Positions 40,742 to 51,122 of a DNA stretch of 64,000 nt are shown in pieces. Location of the stretch: assembly GCF_041248615.1 (NCBI RefSeq), contig NZ_CP158426.1; one strand, 5' to 3'. Both the position numbers and the translations under genes were made by a program. The notes below the pieces were generated by a model. That model did no database searches and was not told the origin of the DNA. It was given only the letters and a program-made list of their open reading frames with translations. Within the stretch, counting starts at the first letter, position 1. The number at the start of each line of letters is the position of its first letter. This DNA comes from Escherichia coli. Its GTDB lineage: Bacteria; Pseudomonadota; Gammaproteobacteria; Enterobacterales; Enterobacteriaceae.

Positions 40742-41998
40742 ATGAGTGGACTCAAACAAGAACTGGGGCTGGCCCAGGGCATTGGCCTGCTATCGACGTC
40801 ATTATTAGGCACCGGCGTGTTTGCCGTTCCTGCGTTAGCTGCACTGGTAGCAGGCAATAACAGCCTGTGGGCGTGGCCCGTTTTGATTATCTTAGTGTTC
40901 CCGATTGCGATTGTGTTTGCGATTCTGGGTCGCCACTATCCCAGCGCAGGCGGTGTCGCGCACTTCGTCGGTATGGCGTTTGGTTCGCGGCTTGAGCGAG
41001 TCACCGGCTGGTTGTTTTTATCGGTCATTCCCGTGGGTTTGCCTGCCGCGTTACAAATTGCTGCCGGGTTCGGCCAGGCAATGTTTGGCTGGCATAGCTG
41101 GCAACTGTTGTTGGCAGAACTCGGTACGCTGGCGCTGGTGTGGTATATCGGTACTCGCGGTGCCAGTTCCAGTGCTAATCTACAAACAGTTATTGCCGGA
41201 CTTATCGTCGCGCTGATTGTCGCTATCTGGTGGGCGGGCGATATCAAACCTGCGAGTATCCCCTTCCCTGCACCTGGTAATATCGAACTTACCGGGTTAT
41301 TTGCTGCGTTATCAGTGATGTTCTGGTGCTTTGTCGGTCTGGAAGCATTTGCCCATCTTGCCTCGGAATTTAAAAATCCAGAGCGTGATTTTCCTCGTGC
41401 TTTGATGATTGGTCTGCTGCTGGCAGGATTAGTCTACTGGGGCTGTACGGTAGTCGTCTTACACTTCGACGCCTATGGTGAACAAATGGCGGCAGCAGCA
41501 TCGCTTCCAAAAATTGTAGTGCAACTGTTCGGTGTAGGAGCGTTATGGATTGCCTGCGTGATTGGCTATCTGGCCTGCTTTGCCAGTCTCAACATTTATA
41601 TACAGAGCTTCGCCCGCCTGGTCTGGTCGCAGGCGCAACATAATCCTGACCACTACCTGGCACGCCTCTCTTCTCGTCATATCCCGAATAATGCCCTCAA
41701 TGCGGTACTCGGCTGCTGCGTGGTGAGCACGTTGGTGATTCATGCTTTAGAGATCAATCTGGACGCTCTTATTATTTATGCCAATGGCATCTTTATTATG
41801 ATTTATCTGTTATGCATGCTGGCAGGTTGTAAATTATTGCAAGGACGTTATCGACTACTGGCGGTGGTTGGCGGGCTGTTATGCGTTCTGTTACTGGCAA
41901 TGGTCGGCTGGAAAAGTCTCTATGCGCTGATCATGCTGGCGGGGTTATGGCTGTTTCTGCCAAAACGAAAAACGCCGGAAAATGGCATAACCACATAA
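40742..41998 (+). CDS. yjeH: APC-family amino acid (Met / branched-chain) exporter YjeH (418 aa from ATG at 40742)
   Basis: Polytopic membrane ORF MSGLKQELGLAQGIGLLSTSLLGTGVFAVPALAA...; the 418-aa form matches the recalled K-12 length. Confidence 0.9.
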   Translation: MSGLKQELGLAQGIGLLSTSLLGTGVFAVPALAALVAGNNSLWAWPVLIILVFPIAIVFAILGRHYPSAGGVAHFVGMAFGSRLERVTGWLFLSVIPVGLPAALQIAAGFGQAMFGWHSWQLLLAELGTLALVWYIGTRGASSSANLQTVIAGLIVALIVAIWWAGDIKPASIPFPAPGNIELTGLFAALSVMFWCFVGLEAFAHLASEFKNPERDFPRALMIGLLLAGLVYWGCTVVVLHFDAYGEQMAAAASLPKIVVQLFGVGALWIACVIGYLACFASLNIYIQSFARLVWSQAQHNPDHYLARLSSRHIPNNALNAVLGCCVVSTLVIHALEINLDALIIYANGIFIMIYLLCMLAGCKLLQGRYRLLAVVGGLLCVLLLAMVGWKSLYALIMLAGLWLFLPKRKTPENGITT

Positions 41999-42013
41999 TC
42001 CGGCGTTTCGACA

Positions 42014-42490
42014 TTAATCCTGGCGATCGTCTTTATGATCAAGGCGGTCGCGGTCATCATCCTTTCGCTGGTACTCACCATCAAAAGTATTACCGCCACC
42101 GGTCCCGGCGCTAAAACCGCCGCCTGGCATGCGAGAAAAGCGCAAATGCGGCATCAACTTCACTGTCAGATGCTTTTGCACCGGCGGCAATAAAAGCAGA
42201 AGACCGAGGAAGTCGGTAAAAAAGCCCGGTAATAAAAGCAGCAAACCAGCAATGATCAGCGAAACACTTTTAATCATCTCCGCCGCTGGGTTTTCACCCG
42301 CCGCCATTTTTTGCTGCATCAGCACGAAATTCTTAAAGCCCTGGTTGCGTACCAGTGACATACCGATAACTGACGTGAATATAACCAGCACGAGGGTCAG
42401 CAATACCCCCAATACATGGGCAACCTGAATAAAGATTGAAATCTCAATATAGACATAAAGAAAAATGGCAATAAAAGGTAACCAGCGCAA
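42014..42490 (-). CDS. fxsA: Inner-membrane protein FxsA (158 aa)
   Basis: Translation MRWLPFIAIFLYVYIEISIFIQVAHVLGVLLTLVLVIF... with a charged Asp/Arg-rich C-terminus; matches FxsA. Confidence 0.9.
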   Translation of the reverse strand: MRWLPFIAIFLYVYIEISIFIQVAHVLGVLLTLVLVIFTSVIGMSLVRNQGFKNFVLMQQKMAAGENPAAEMIKSVSLIIAGLLLLLPGFFTDFLGLLLLLPPVQKHLTVKLMPHLRFSRMPGGGFSAGTGGGNTFDGEYQRKDDDRDRLDHKDDRQD

Positions 42491-42826
42491 AGGTTTCTCC
42501 TGTAATAGCAGCCGGTTAAACCCGGCTACCTGAATGGGTTGCGAATCGCGTTCAGCTTATATTGTGGTCATTAGCAAAATTTCAAGATGTTTGCGCAACT
42601 ATTTTTGGTAGTAATCCCAAAGCGGTGATCTATTTCACAAATTAATAATTAAGGGGTAAAAACCGACACTTAAAGTGATCCAGATTACGGTAGAAATCCT
42701 CAAGCAGCATATGATCTCGGGTATTCGGTCGATGCAGGGGATAATCGTCGGTCGAAAAACATTCGAAACCACATATATTCTGTGTGTTTAAAGCAAATCA
42801 TTGGCAGCTTGAAAAAGAAGGTTCAC

Positions 42827-44263
42827 ATGTCAAACAACATTCGTATCGAAGAAGATCTGTTGGGTACCAGGGAAGTTCCAGCTGATGCCTACTATGGTGT
42901 TCACACTCTGAGAGCGATTGAAAACTTCTATATCAGCAACAACAAAATCAGTGATATTCCTGAATTTGTTCGCGGTATGGTAATGGTTAAAAAAGCCGCA
43001 GCTATGGCAAACAAAGAGCTGCAAACCATTCCTAAAAGTGTAGCGAATGCCATCATTGCCGCATGTGATGAAGTCCTGAACAACGGAAAATGCATGGATC
43101 AGTTCCCGGTAGACGTCTACCAGGGCGGCGCAGGTACTTCCGTAAACATGAACACCAACGAAGTGCTGGCCAATATCGGTCTGGAACTGATGGGTCACCA
43201 GAAAGGTGAATATCAGTACCTGAACCCGAACGACCATGTTAACAAATGTCAGTCCACTAACGACGCCTACCCGACCGGTTTCCGTATCGCAGTTTACTCT
43301 TCCCTGATTAAGCTGGTAGATGCGATTAACCAACTGCGTGAAGGCTTTGAACGTAAAGCTGTCGAATTCCAGGACATCCTGAAAATGGGTCGTACCCAGC
43401 TGCAGGACGCAGTACCGATGACCCTCGGTCAGGAATTCCGCGCTTTCAGCATCCTGCTGAAAGAAGAAGTGAAAAATATCCAACGTACCGCTGAACTGCT
43501 GCTGGAAGTTAACCTTGGCGCAACAGCAATCGGTACTGGTCTGAACACGCCGAAAGAGTACTCTCCGCTGGCAGTGAAAAAACTGGCTGAAGTCACTGGC
43601 TTCCCATGCGTACCGGCTGAAGACCTGATCGAAGCGACCTCTGACTGCGGCGCTTATGTTATGGTTCACGGCGCGCTGAAACGCCTGGCTGTGAAGATGT
43701 CCAAAATCTGTAACGACCTGCGCTTGCTCTCTTCTGGCCCACGTGCCGGCCTGAACGAGATCAACCTGCCGGAACTGCAGGCGGGCTCTTCCATCATGCC
43801 AGCTAAAGTAAACCCGGTTGTTCCGGAAGTGGTTAACCAGGTATGCTTCAAAGTCATCGGTAACGACACCACTGTTACCATGGCCGCAGAAGCAGGTCAG
43901 CTGCAGTTGAACGTTATGGAGCCGGTCATTGGCCAGGCCATGTTTGAATCCGTTCACATTCTGACCAACGCTTGCTACAACCTGCTGGAAAAATGCATTA
44001 ACGGCATCACTGCTAACAAAGAAGTGTGCGAAGGTTACGTTTACAACTCTATCGGTATCGTTACTTACCTGAACCCGTTCATCGGTCACCACAACGGTGA
44101 CATCGTGGGTAAAATCTGTGCCGAAACCGGTAAGAGTGTACGTGAAGTCGTTCTGGAACGCGGTCTGTTGACTGAAGCGGAACTTGACGATATTTTCTCC
44201 GTACAGAATCTGATGCACCCGGCTTACAAAGCAAAACGCTATACTGATGAAAGCGAACAGTAA
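42827..44263 (+). CDS. aspA: Aspartate ammonia-lyase AspA (478 aa from ATG at 42827)
   Basis: Translation [34 protein letters not shown]... with the fumarase/aspartase [10 protein letters not shown] signature. Confidence 0.97.
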
Positions 44264-44285
44264 TCGTACAGGGTAGTACAAATAA

Positions 44286-44317
44286 AGAAGGCACGTCAGA
44301 TGACGTGCCTTTTTTCT
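44286..44317 (+). terminator. aspA Rho-independent terminator
   Basis: aggcacgtcagatgacgtgcct hairpin followed by TTTTTTCTT. Confidence 0.8.
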
Positions 44318-44380
44318 TGTGAGCAGTAACTTAAAAATAACAATCCAATATCAACTTGTTAAAAAACAAGGAAGGCTAAT

Positions 44381-45682
44381 ATGCTAGTTGTAGAACTCAT
44401 CATAGTTTTGCTGGCGATCTTCTTGGGCGCCAGATTGGGGGGAATAGGTATTGGTTTTGCAGGCGGATTGGGGGTGCTGGTTCTTGCCGCTATTGGCGTT
44501 AAACCCGGTAACATCCCGTTCGATGTCATTTCCATTATCATGGCGGTTATCGCCGCTATTTCTGCCATGCAGGTTGCTGGCGGTCTGGACTATCTGGTTC
44601 ATCAGACAGAAAAGCTGCTGCGCCGTAACCCGAAATACATCACGATCCTCGCGCCGATCGTGACCTATTTCCTGACAATCTTTGCTGGTACTGGCAACAT
44701 CTCTCTGGCGACACTGCCAGTTATCGCTGAAGTTGCGAAGGAACAAGGCGTCAAACCTTGCCGTCCGCTGTCTACTGCAGTGGTATCCGCGCAGATTGCG
44801 ATCACCGCATCGCCAATCTCAGCAGCAGTGGTTTACATGTCTTCCGTAATGGAAGGTCATGGCATCAGCTACCTCCATCTGCTCTCCGTGGTCATCCCGT
44901 CCACCCTGCTGGCGGTTCTGGTGATGTCCTTCCTGGTCACTATGCTGTTCAACTCCAAACTCTCTGACGATCCGATTTATCGCAAGCGTCTGGAAGAAGG
45001 CCTGGTTGAACTGCGCGGTGAAAAGCAGATTGAAATCAAATCCGGTGCAAAAACGTCCGTCTGGCTATTCCTGCTGGGCGTAGTTGGCGTGGTTATCTAT
45101 GCAATCATCAACAGCCCAAGCATGGGTCTGGTTGAAAAACCGCTGATGAACACCACCAACGCAATCCTGATCATCATGCTCAGCGTTGCAACTCTGACCA
45201 CCGTTATCTGTAAAGTCGATACCGACAACATCCTCAACTCCAGCACCTTCAAAGCAGGTATGAGCGCCTGTATTTGTATCCTGGGTGTTGCGTGGCTGGG
45301 CGATACTTTCGTTTCCAACAACATCGACTGGATCAAAGATACCGCTGGTGAAGTGATTCAGGGTCATCCGTGGCTGCTGGCCGTCATCTTCTTCTTTGCT
45401 TCTGCTCTGCTGTACTCTCAGGCTGCAACCGCAAAAGCACTGATGCCGATGGCTCTGGCACTGAACGTTTCTCCGCTGACCGCTGTTGCTTCTTTCGCTG
45501 CGGTGTCAGGTCTGTTCATTCTGCCGACCTACCCGACGCTGGTTGCTGCGGTACAGATGGATGACACGGGTACAACCCGTATCGGTAAATTCGTCTTCAA
45601 CCATCCGTTCTTCATCCCGGGTACTCTGGGTGTTGCCCTGGCCGTTTGCTTCGGCTTCGTGCTGGGTAGCTTCATGCTGTAA
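44381..45682 (+). CDS. dcuA: Anaerobic C4-dicarboxylate transporter DcuA (433 aa)
   Basis: Translation MLVVELIIVLLAIFLGARLGGIGIGFAGGLGVLVLAAIGVKPG...; matches DcuA. Confidence 0.95.
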   Translation: MLVVELIIVLLAIFLGARLGGIGIGFAGGLGVLVLAAIGVKPGNIPFDVISIIMAVIAAISAMQVAGGLDYLVHQTEKLLRRNPKYITILAPIVTYFLTIFAGTGNISLATLPVIAEVAKEQGVKPCRPLSTAVVSAQIAITASPISAAVVYMSSVMEGHGISYLHLLSVVIPSTLLAVLVMSFLVTMLFNSKLSDDPIYRKRLEEGLVELRGEKQIEIKSGAKTSVWLFLLGVVGVVIYAIINSPSMGLVEKPLMNTTNAILIIMLSVATLTTVICKVDTDNILNSSTFKAGMSACICILGVAWLGDTFVSNNIDWIKDTAGEVIQGHPWLLAVIFFFASALLYSQAATAKALMPMALALNVSPLTAVASFAAVSGLFILPTYPTLVAAVQMDDTGTTRIGKFVFNHPFFIPGTLGVALAVCFGFVLGSFML

Positions 45683-45691
45683 TGATCAATC

Positions 45692-45717
45692 GCGGGGCTT
45701 CAGGCCCCGCTTTCTTT
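45692..45717 (+). terminator. dcuA Rho-independent terminator
   Basis: gcggggc-ttcag-gccccgc hairpin followed by TTTCTTT. Confidence 0.8.
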
Positions 45718-45796
45718 CCCGCCGACTAACATCCTTCCCCCGTCCGTTGTATAGTGACCTCTCTCTTGCGGTTCCATCTGTTCTTGCGAGGTGTTT

Positions 45797-46135
45797 ATGC
45801 TTGATGAAAAAAGTTCGAATACCGCGTCTGTCGTGGTGCTATGTACGGCACCGGATGAAGCGACAGCCCAGGATTTAGCCGCCAAAGTGCTGGCGGAAAA
45901 ACTGGCGGCCTGCGCGACCTTGATCCCCGGCGCAACCTCTCTTTATTACTGGGAAGGTAAGCTGGAGCAAGAATACGAAGTGCAGATGATTTTAAAAACT
46001 ACCGTATCTCACCAGCAGGCACTGCTGGAATGCCTGAAGTCTCATCATCCATATCAAACCCCGGAACTTCTGGTTTTACCTGTTACACACGGAGACACAG
46101 ATTACCTCTCATGGCTCAACGCATCTTTACGCTGA
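45797..46135 (+). CDS. cutA: Divalent-cation tolerance protein CutA (112 aa)
   Basis: Translation [55 protein letters not shown]...; its 3' end overlaps the dsbD start by 25 nt. Confidence 0.9.
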
Positions 46136-47808
46136 TCCTGCTACTTTGCAGCACTTCCGTTTTTGCCGGATTATTCGACGCGCCGGGACGTTCACAATTT
46201 GTCCCCGCGGATCAAGCCTTTGCTTTTGATTTTCAGCAAAACCAACATGACCTGAATCTGACCTGGCAGATCAAAGACGGTTATTACCTCTACCGTAAAC
46301 AGATCCGCATTACGCCGGAACACGCGAAAATTGCCGACGTACAGCTGCCGCAAGGCGTCTGGCATGAAGATGAGTTTTACGGCAAAAGCGAGATTTACCG
46401 CGATCGGCTGACGCTTCCCGTAACCATCAACAAGGCGAGTGCGGGAGCGACGTTAACTGTCACCTACCAGGGCTGTGCTGATGCCGGTTTCTGTTATCCG
46501 CCAGAAACCAAAACCGTTCCGTTAAGCGAAGTGGTCGTCAACAACTCAGCGCCACAGCCTGTGTCTGTTCCGCAGCAAGAGCAGCCCACCGCGCAATTGC
46601 CCTTTTCCGCGCTCTGGGCGTTGTTGATCGGTATTGGTATAGCCTTTACGCCATGCGTGCTGCCAATGTACCCACTGATTTCTGGTATCGTGCTGGGCGG
46701 TAAACAGCGGCTCTCCACTGCCAGAGCATTGTTGCTGACCTTTATTTATGTGCAGGGGATGGCGCTGACTTACACGGCACTGGGTCTGGTGGTTGCCGCC
46801 GCAGGGTTACAGTTCCAGGCGGCGCTACAGCACCCATACGTGCTCATTGGCCTCGCTATCGTCTTTACCTTGCTGGCGATGTCAATGTTTGGCTTGTTTA
46901 CTCTGCAACTCCCCTCTTCGCTGCAAACACGTCTCACGCTGATGAGCAATCGCCAACAGGGCGGCTCACCTGGCGGTGTGTTTGTTATGGGGGCGATTGC
47001 CGGACTGATCTGTTCACCATGCACCACCGCACCGCTTAGCGCGATTCTGCTGTATATCGCCCAAAGCGGGAACATGTTGCTGGGGGGCGGCACGCTTTAT
47101 CTCTATGCGTTGGGCATGGGCCTGCCGCTGATGCTAATAACCGTCTTTGGTAACCGCCTGCTGCCGAAAAGCGGCCCGTGGATGGAACAAGTCAAAACCG
47201 CGTTTGGTTTTGTGATCCTCGCACTGCCGGTCTTCCTGCTGGAGCGAGTGATTGGTGATATATGGGGATTACGCTTGTGGTCGGCGCTTGGTGTCGCATT
47301 CTTTGGCTGGGCCTTTATCACCAGCCTACAGGCCAAACGCGGCTGGATGCGCGTGGTGCAAATAATCCTGCTGGCAGCGGCATTAGTTAGCGTGCGCCCA
47401 CTTCAGGATTGGGCATTTGGTGCGACGCATACCGCGCAAACTCAGACGCATCTCAACTTTACACAAATCAAAACGGTAGATGAGTTAAATCAGGCGCTCG
47501 TTGAAGCCAAAGGCAAACCGGTGATGTTAGATCTCTATGCCGACTGGTGCGTCGCCTGTAAAGAGTTTGAGAAATACACCTTCAGCGACCCGCAGGTGCA
47601 AAAAGCGTTAGCAGACACGGTATTACTTCAGGCCAACGTCACTGCCAACGACGCACAAGATGTGGCGCTGTTAAAGCATCTTAATGTCCTTGGCCTACCG
47701 ACAATTCTCTTTTTTGACGGACAAGGCCAGGAGCATCCACAAGCACGCGTCACGGGCTTTATGGATGCTGAAACCTTCAGCGCACATTTGCGCGATCGCC
47801 AACCGTGA
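46111..47808 (+). CDS. dsbD: Thiol:disulfide interchange protein DsbD (565 aa)
   Basis: Translation [20 protein letters not shown]... with a C-terminal thioredoxin-like CVAC motif and the TM-domain Cys pair. Confidence 0.95.
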
Positions 47809-47844
47809 ACGACACTTGCAGTGGGAAAGACGGAGGAAAATAGC

Positions 47845-48420
47845 GTGCAACGTGAAGATGTACTGGGAGAAGCCCTGAAATTATTAGAATTACAAGGGAT
47901 TGCCAACACCACGCTGGAGATGGTTGCTGAACGTGTGGATTATCCACTGGACGAGCTGCGCCGTTTCTGGCCAGACAAAGAGGCAATCCTCTACGATGCG
48001 CTGCGTTATCTTAGCCAACAGATAGATGTCTGGCGTCGTCAGCTGATGCTGGACGAAACGCAAACCGCCGAACAAAAGCTGCTGGCACGTTATCAGGCGT
48101 TATCGGAGTGCGTTAAAAACAACCGCTATCCGGGCTGTCTGTTTATCGCTGCCTGTACGTTTTATCCCGATCCTGGCCACCCTATTCATCAACTGGCCGA
48201 TCAGCAAAAAAGCGCGGCCTACGATTTCACCCACGAACTGTTAACCACGCTGGAAGTTGACGATCCGGCGATGGTAGCAAAGCAGATGGAACTGGTGCTG
48301 GAAGGCTGTTTAAGCCGAATGCTGGTGAATCGTAGCCAGGCGGATGTCGACACCGCACATCGGCTGGCAGAAGATATCCTGCGCTTCGCTCGCTGCCGCC
48401 AGGGTGGCGCACTGACCTGA
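47845..48420 (+). CDS. yjdC: TetR-family transcriptional regulator YjdC (191 aa, GTG start)
   Basis: Translation (V/M)[30 protein letters not shown]... (TetR HTH); downstream of dsbD as in K-12. Confidence 0.85.
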
Positions 48421-48526
48421 CAGAAACACAGAAAAGAAGCGATTTGCCGCAATCTTAAGCAGTTGAATCGCTTTTACTGAAATTAGGTTGACGAGATGTG
48501 CAGATTACGGTTTAATGCGCCCCGTT

Positions 48527-48602
48527 GCCCGGATAGCTCAGTCGGTAGAGCAGGGGATTGAAAATCCCCGTGTCCTTGGTTCGATTCCGAGTCCGGGCAC
48601 CA
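48527..48602 (+). tRNA. pheU: tRNA-Phe (GAA anticodon)
   Basis: GCCCGGATAGCTCAGTCGGTAGAGCAGGGGATTGAAAATCCCCGTGTCCTTGGTTCGATTCCGAGTCCGGGCACCA, a 76-nt cloverleaf with encoded CCA. Confidence 0.95.
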
Positions 48603-48612
48603 AATTCATATA

Positions 48613-48640
48613 AACGGACCTCCACGGAGGTCCGTTTTTC
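48613..48640 (+). terminator. pheU Rho-independent terminator
   Basis: acggacctcc-acgg-aggtccgt hairpin followed by TTTTCGTTT. Confidence 0.8.
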
Positions 48641-49218
48641 GTTTCAGGACGCCACAATTTAAGCGTTCTGCCTAAAAATCATTTCTACCGAACTCAACCA
48701 AATTCTCCCCACAACACCAGCATTTTGCGGGTATATCCCAATTCGGGAAAATTTGTTCCTGAGCTATAGCGCTGACTGACGTGAAATGTCGTGCGACCCC
48801 GTGATGCTGTTGAATGTCAAATGACGTCATCAGGAGCGTAACGCATCCATAAAGCACAACACCGGTCTGAACGCCGACTGATGAGATTTTCTGAATGAGA
48901 ACAAAGAGAAATGTATCAGTCCGCTTGCTCATGCAAAGACTAACAATCCATTAAAATAGTAAGCGCTCCGGACAATTTTCCATGGATTATTTTCTGAACA
49001 TTTTTCTTTGGCAAAGATGATGAATTTTGATGGTAAGGAATATTACTTCTGGTTCTCAGTAAAATCCTTTCTCAATACTATGTGATCAAGAAGTTTATGT
49101 CTGGTAAAAATAACGTCTTGCATTCACCAATAATATGTAAATAAACCCATCTATAGATGGTAAAAATAGGTTGTGGCAATTATCATTGCATCATTCCCTT
49201 TTCGAATGAGTTTCTATT

Positions 49219-50757
49219 ATGCAACAACCTGTAGTTCGCGTTGGCGAATGGCTTGTTACTCCGTCCATAAACCAAATTAGCCGCAATGGGCGTCAACTTA
49301 CCCTTGAGCCGAGATTAATCGATCTTCTGGTTTTCTTTGCTCAACACAGTGGCGAAGTACTTAGCAGGGATGAACTTATCGATAATGTCTGGAAGAGAAG
49401 TATTGTCACCAATCACGTTGTGACGCAGAGTATCTCAGAACTACGTAAGTCATTAAAAGATAATGATGAAGATAGTCCTGTCTATATCGCTACTGTACCA
49501 AAGCGCGGCTATAAATTAATGGTGCCGGTTATCTGGTACAGCGAAGAAGAGGGAGAGGAAATAATGCTATCTTCGCCTCCCCCTATACCAGAGGCGGTTC
49601 CTGACACAGATTCTCCCTCCCACAGTCTTAACATTCAAAACACCGCAACGCCACCTGAACAATCCCCAGTTAAAAGCAAACGATTCACTACCTTTTGGGT
49701 ATGGTTTTTTTTCCTGTTGTCGTTAGGTATCTGTGTAGCACTGGTAGCGTTTTCAAGTCTTGATACACGTCTTCCGATGAGCAAATCGCGTATTTTGCTC
49801 AATCCACGCGATATTGACATTAATATGGTAAATAAAAGTTGTAACAGCTGGAGTTCCCCGTATCAGCTCTCTTACGCGATAGGCGTGGGTGATTTGGTGG
49901 CGACATCACTTAACACCTTCTCCACCTTTATGGTGCATGACAAAATCAACTACAACATTGATGAACCGAGCAGTTCCGGTAAAACATTATCTATTGCGTT
50001 TGTTAATCAGCGCCAATACCGTGCTCAACAATGCTTTATGTCGGTAAAATTGGTAGACAATGCAGATGGTTCAACCATGCTGGATAAACGTTATGTCATC
50101 ACTAACGGTAATCAGCTGGCGATTCAAAATGATTTACTCCAGAGTTTATCAAAAGCGTTAAACCAACCGTGGCCACAACGAATGCAGGAGATGCTCCAGC
50201 AAATTTTGCCTCATCGTGGTGCGTTATTAACTAATTTTTATCAGGCACATGATTATTTACTGCATGGCGATGATAAATCATTGAACCGTGCCAGTGAATT
50301 ATTAGGTGAGATTGTTCAATCATCCCCAGAATTTACCTACGCGAGAGCAGAAAAAGCATTAGTTGATATCGTGCGCCATTCTCAACATCCTTTAGATGAA
50401 AAACAATTAGCAGCACTGAACACAGAAATAGATAACATTGTTACACTACCGGAATTGAATAACCTGTCCATTATATATCAAATAAAAGCGGTCAGTGCTC
50501 TGGTAAAAGGTAAAACAGATGAGTCTTACCAGGCGATAAATACTGGCATTGATCTTGAAATGTCCTGGCTAAATTATGTGTTGCTTGGCAAGGTTTATGA
50601 AATGAAGGGGATGAACCGGGAAGCAGCTGATGCATATCTCACCGCCTTTAATTTACGCCCAGGGGCAAACACCCTTTACTGGATTGAAAATGGTATATTC
50701 CAGACTTCTGTTCCTTATGTTGTACCTTATCTCGACAAATTTCTCGCTTCAGAATAA
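49219..50757 (+). CDS. cadC: ToxR-like membrane-integrated transcriptional activator CadC (512 aa)
   Basis: Translation MQQPVVRVGEWLVTPSINQISRNGRQLTLEPRLIDLLVFF... (winged-helix, single TM, periplasmic sensor); contains the PPPIP motif at codons 120-124 (49576-49590). Confidence 0.95.
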   Translation: MQQPVVRVGEWLVTPSINQISRNGRQLTLEPRLIDLLVFFAQHSGEVLSRDELIDNVWKRSIVTNHVVTQSISELRKSLKDNDEDSPVYIATVPKRGYKLMVPVIWYSEEEGEEIMLSSPPPIPEAVPDTDSPSHSLNIQNTATPPEQSPVKSKRFTTFWVWFFFLLSLGICVALVAFSSLDTRLPMSKSRILLNPRDIDINMVNKSCNSWSSPYQLSYAIGVGDLVATSLNTFSTFMVHDKINYNIDEPSSSGKTLSIAFVNQRQYRAQQCFMSVKLVDNADGSTMLDKRYVITNGNQLAIQNDLLQSLSKALNQPWPQRMQEMLQQILPHRGALLTNFYQAHDYLLHGDDKSLNRASELLGEIVQSSPEFTYARAEKALVDIVRHSQHPLDEKQLAALNTEIDNIVTLPELNNLSIIYQIKAVSALVKGKTDESYQAINTGIDLEMSWLNYVLLGKVYEMKGMNREAADAYLTAFNLRPGANTLYWIENGIFQTSVPYVVPYLDKFLASE

Positions 50758-51122
50758 GTAACTCCCGGGTTGATTTATGCTCGGCAATATTTATTGTTGA
50801 GTTTTTGTATGTTTCTGTTGGTATAATATGTTGCGGTAATTTATTTGCCGCATAATTTTTATTACATAAATTTAACCAGAAAATGTCCCGCAATCCATTG
50901 TAAACATTGAATGTTTATCTTTTCATGATATCAACTTGCGATCCTGATGTGTTAATAAAAAACCTCAAGTTCTCACTTACAGAAACTTTTGTGTTATTTC
51001 ACCTAATCTTTAGGATTAATCCTTTTTTCGTGAGTATTCTTAGCGCCAGTTTGGTCTGGTCAGGAAATAGTTATACATCATGACCCGGACTCCAAATTCA
51101 AAAATGAAATTAGGAGAAGAGC

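Noticed and set aside
42830-44281. 483-aa minus-strand ORF overlapping aspA
   Set aside because: Antisense shadow ORF; aspA on the plus strand is full length with its catalytic signature.
48672-48932. 86-aa minus-strand ORF in the pheU-cadC spacer, considered as a possible integrase or island remnant
   Set aside because: No integrase-like motifs (no R-H-R-Y region) and no convincing RBS; most likely non-coding cadC upstream regulatory DNA. A translated search would settle it.
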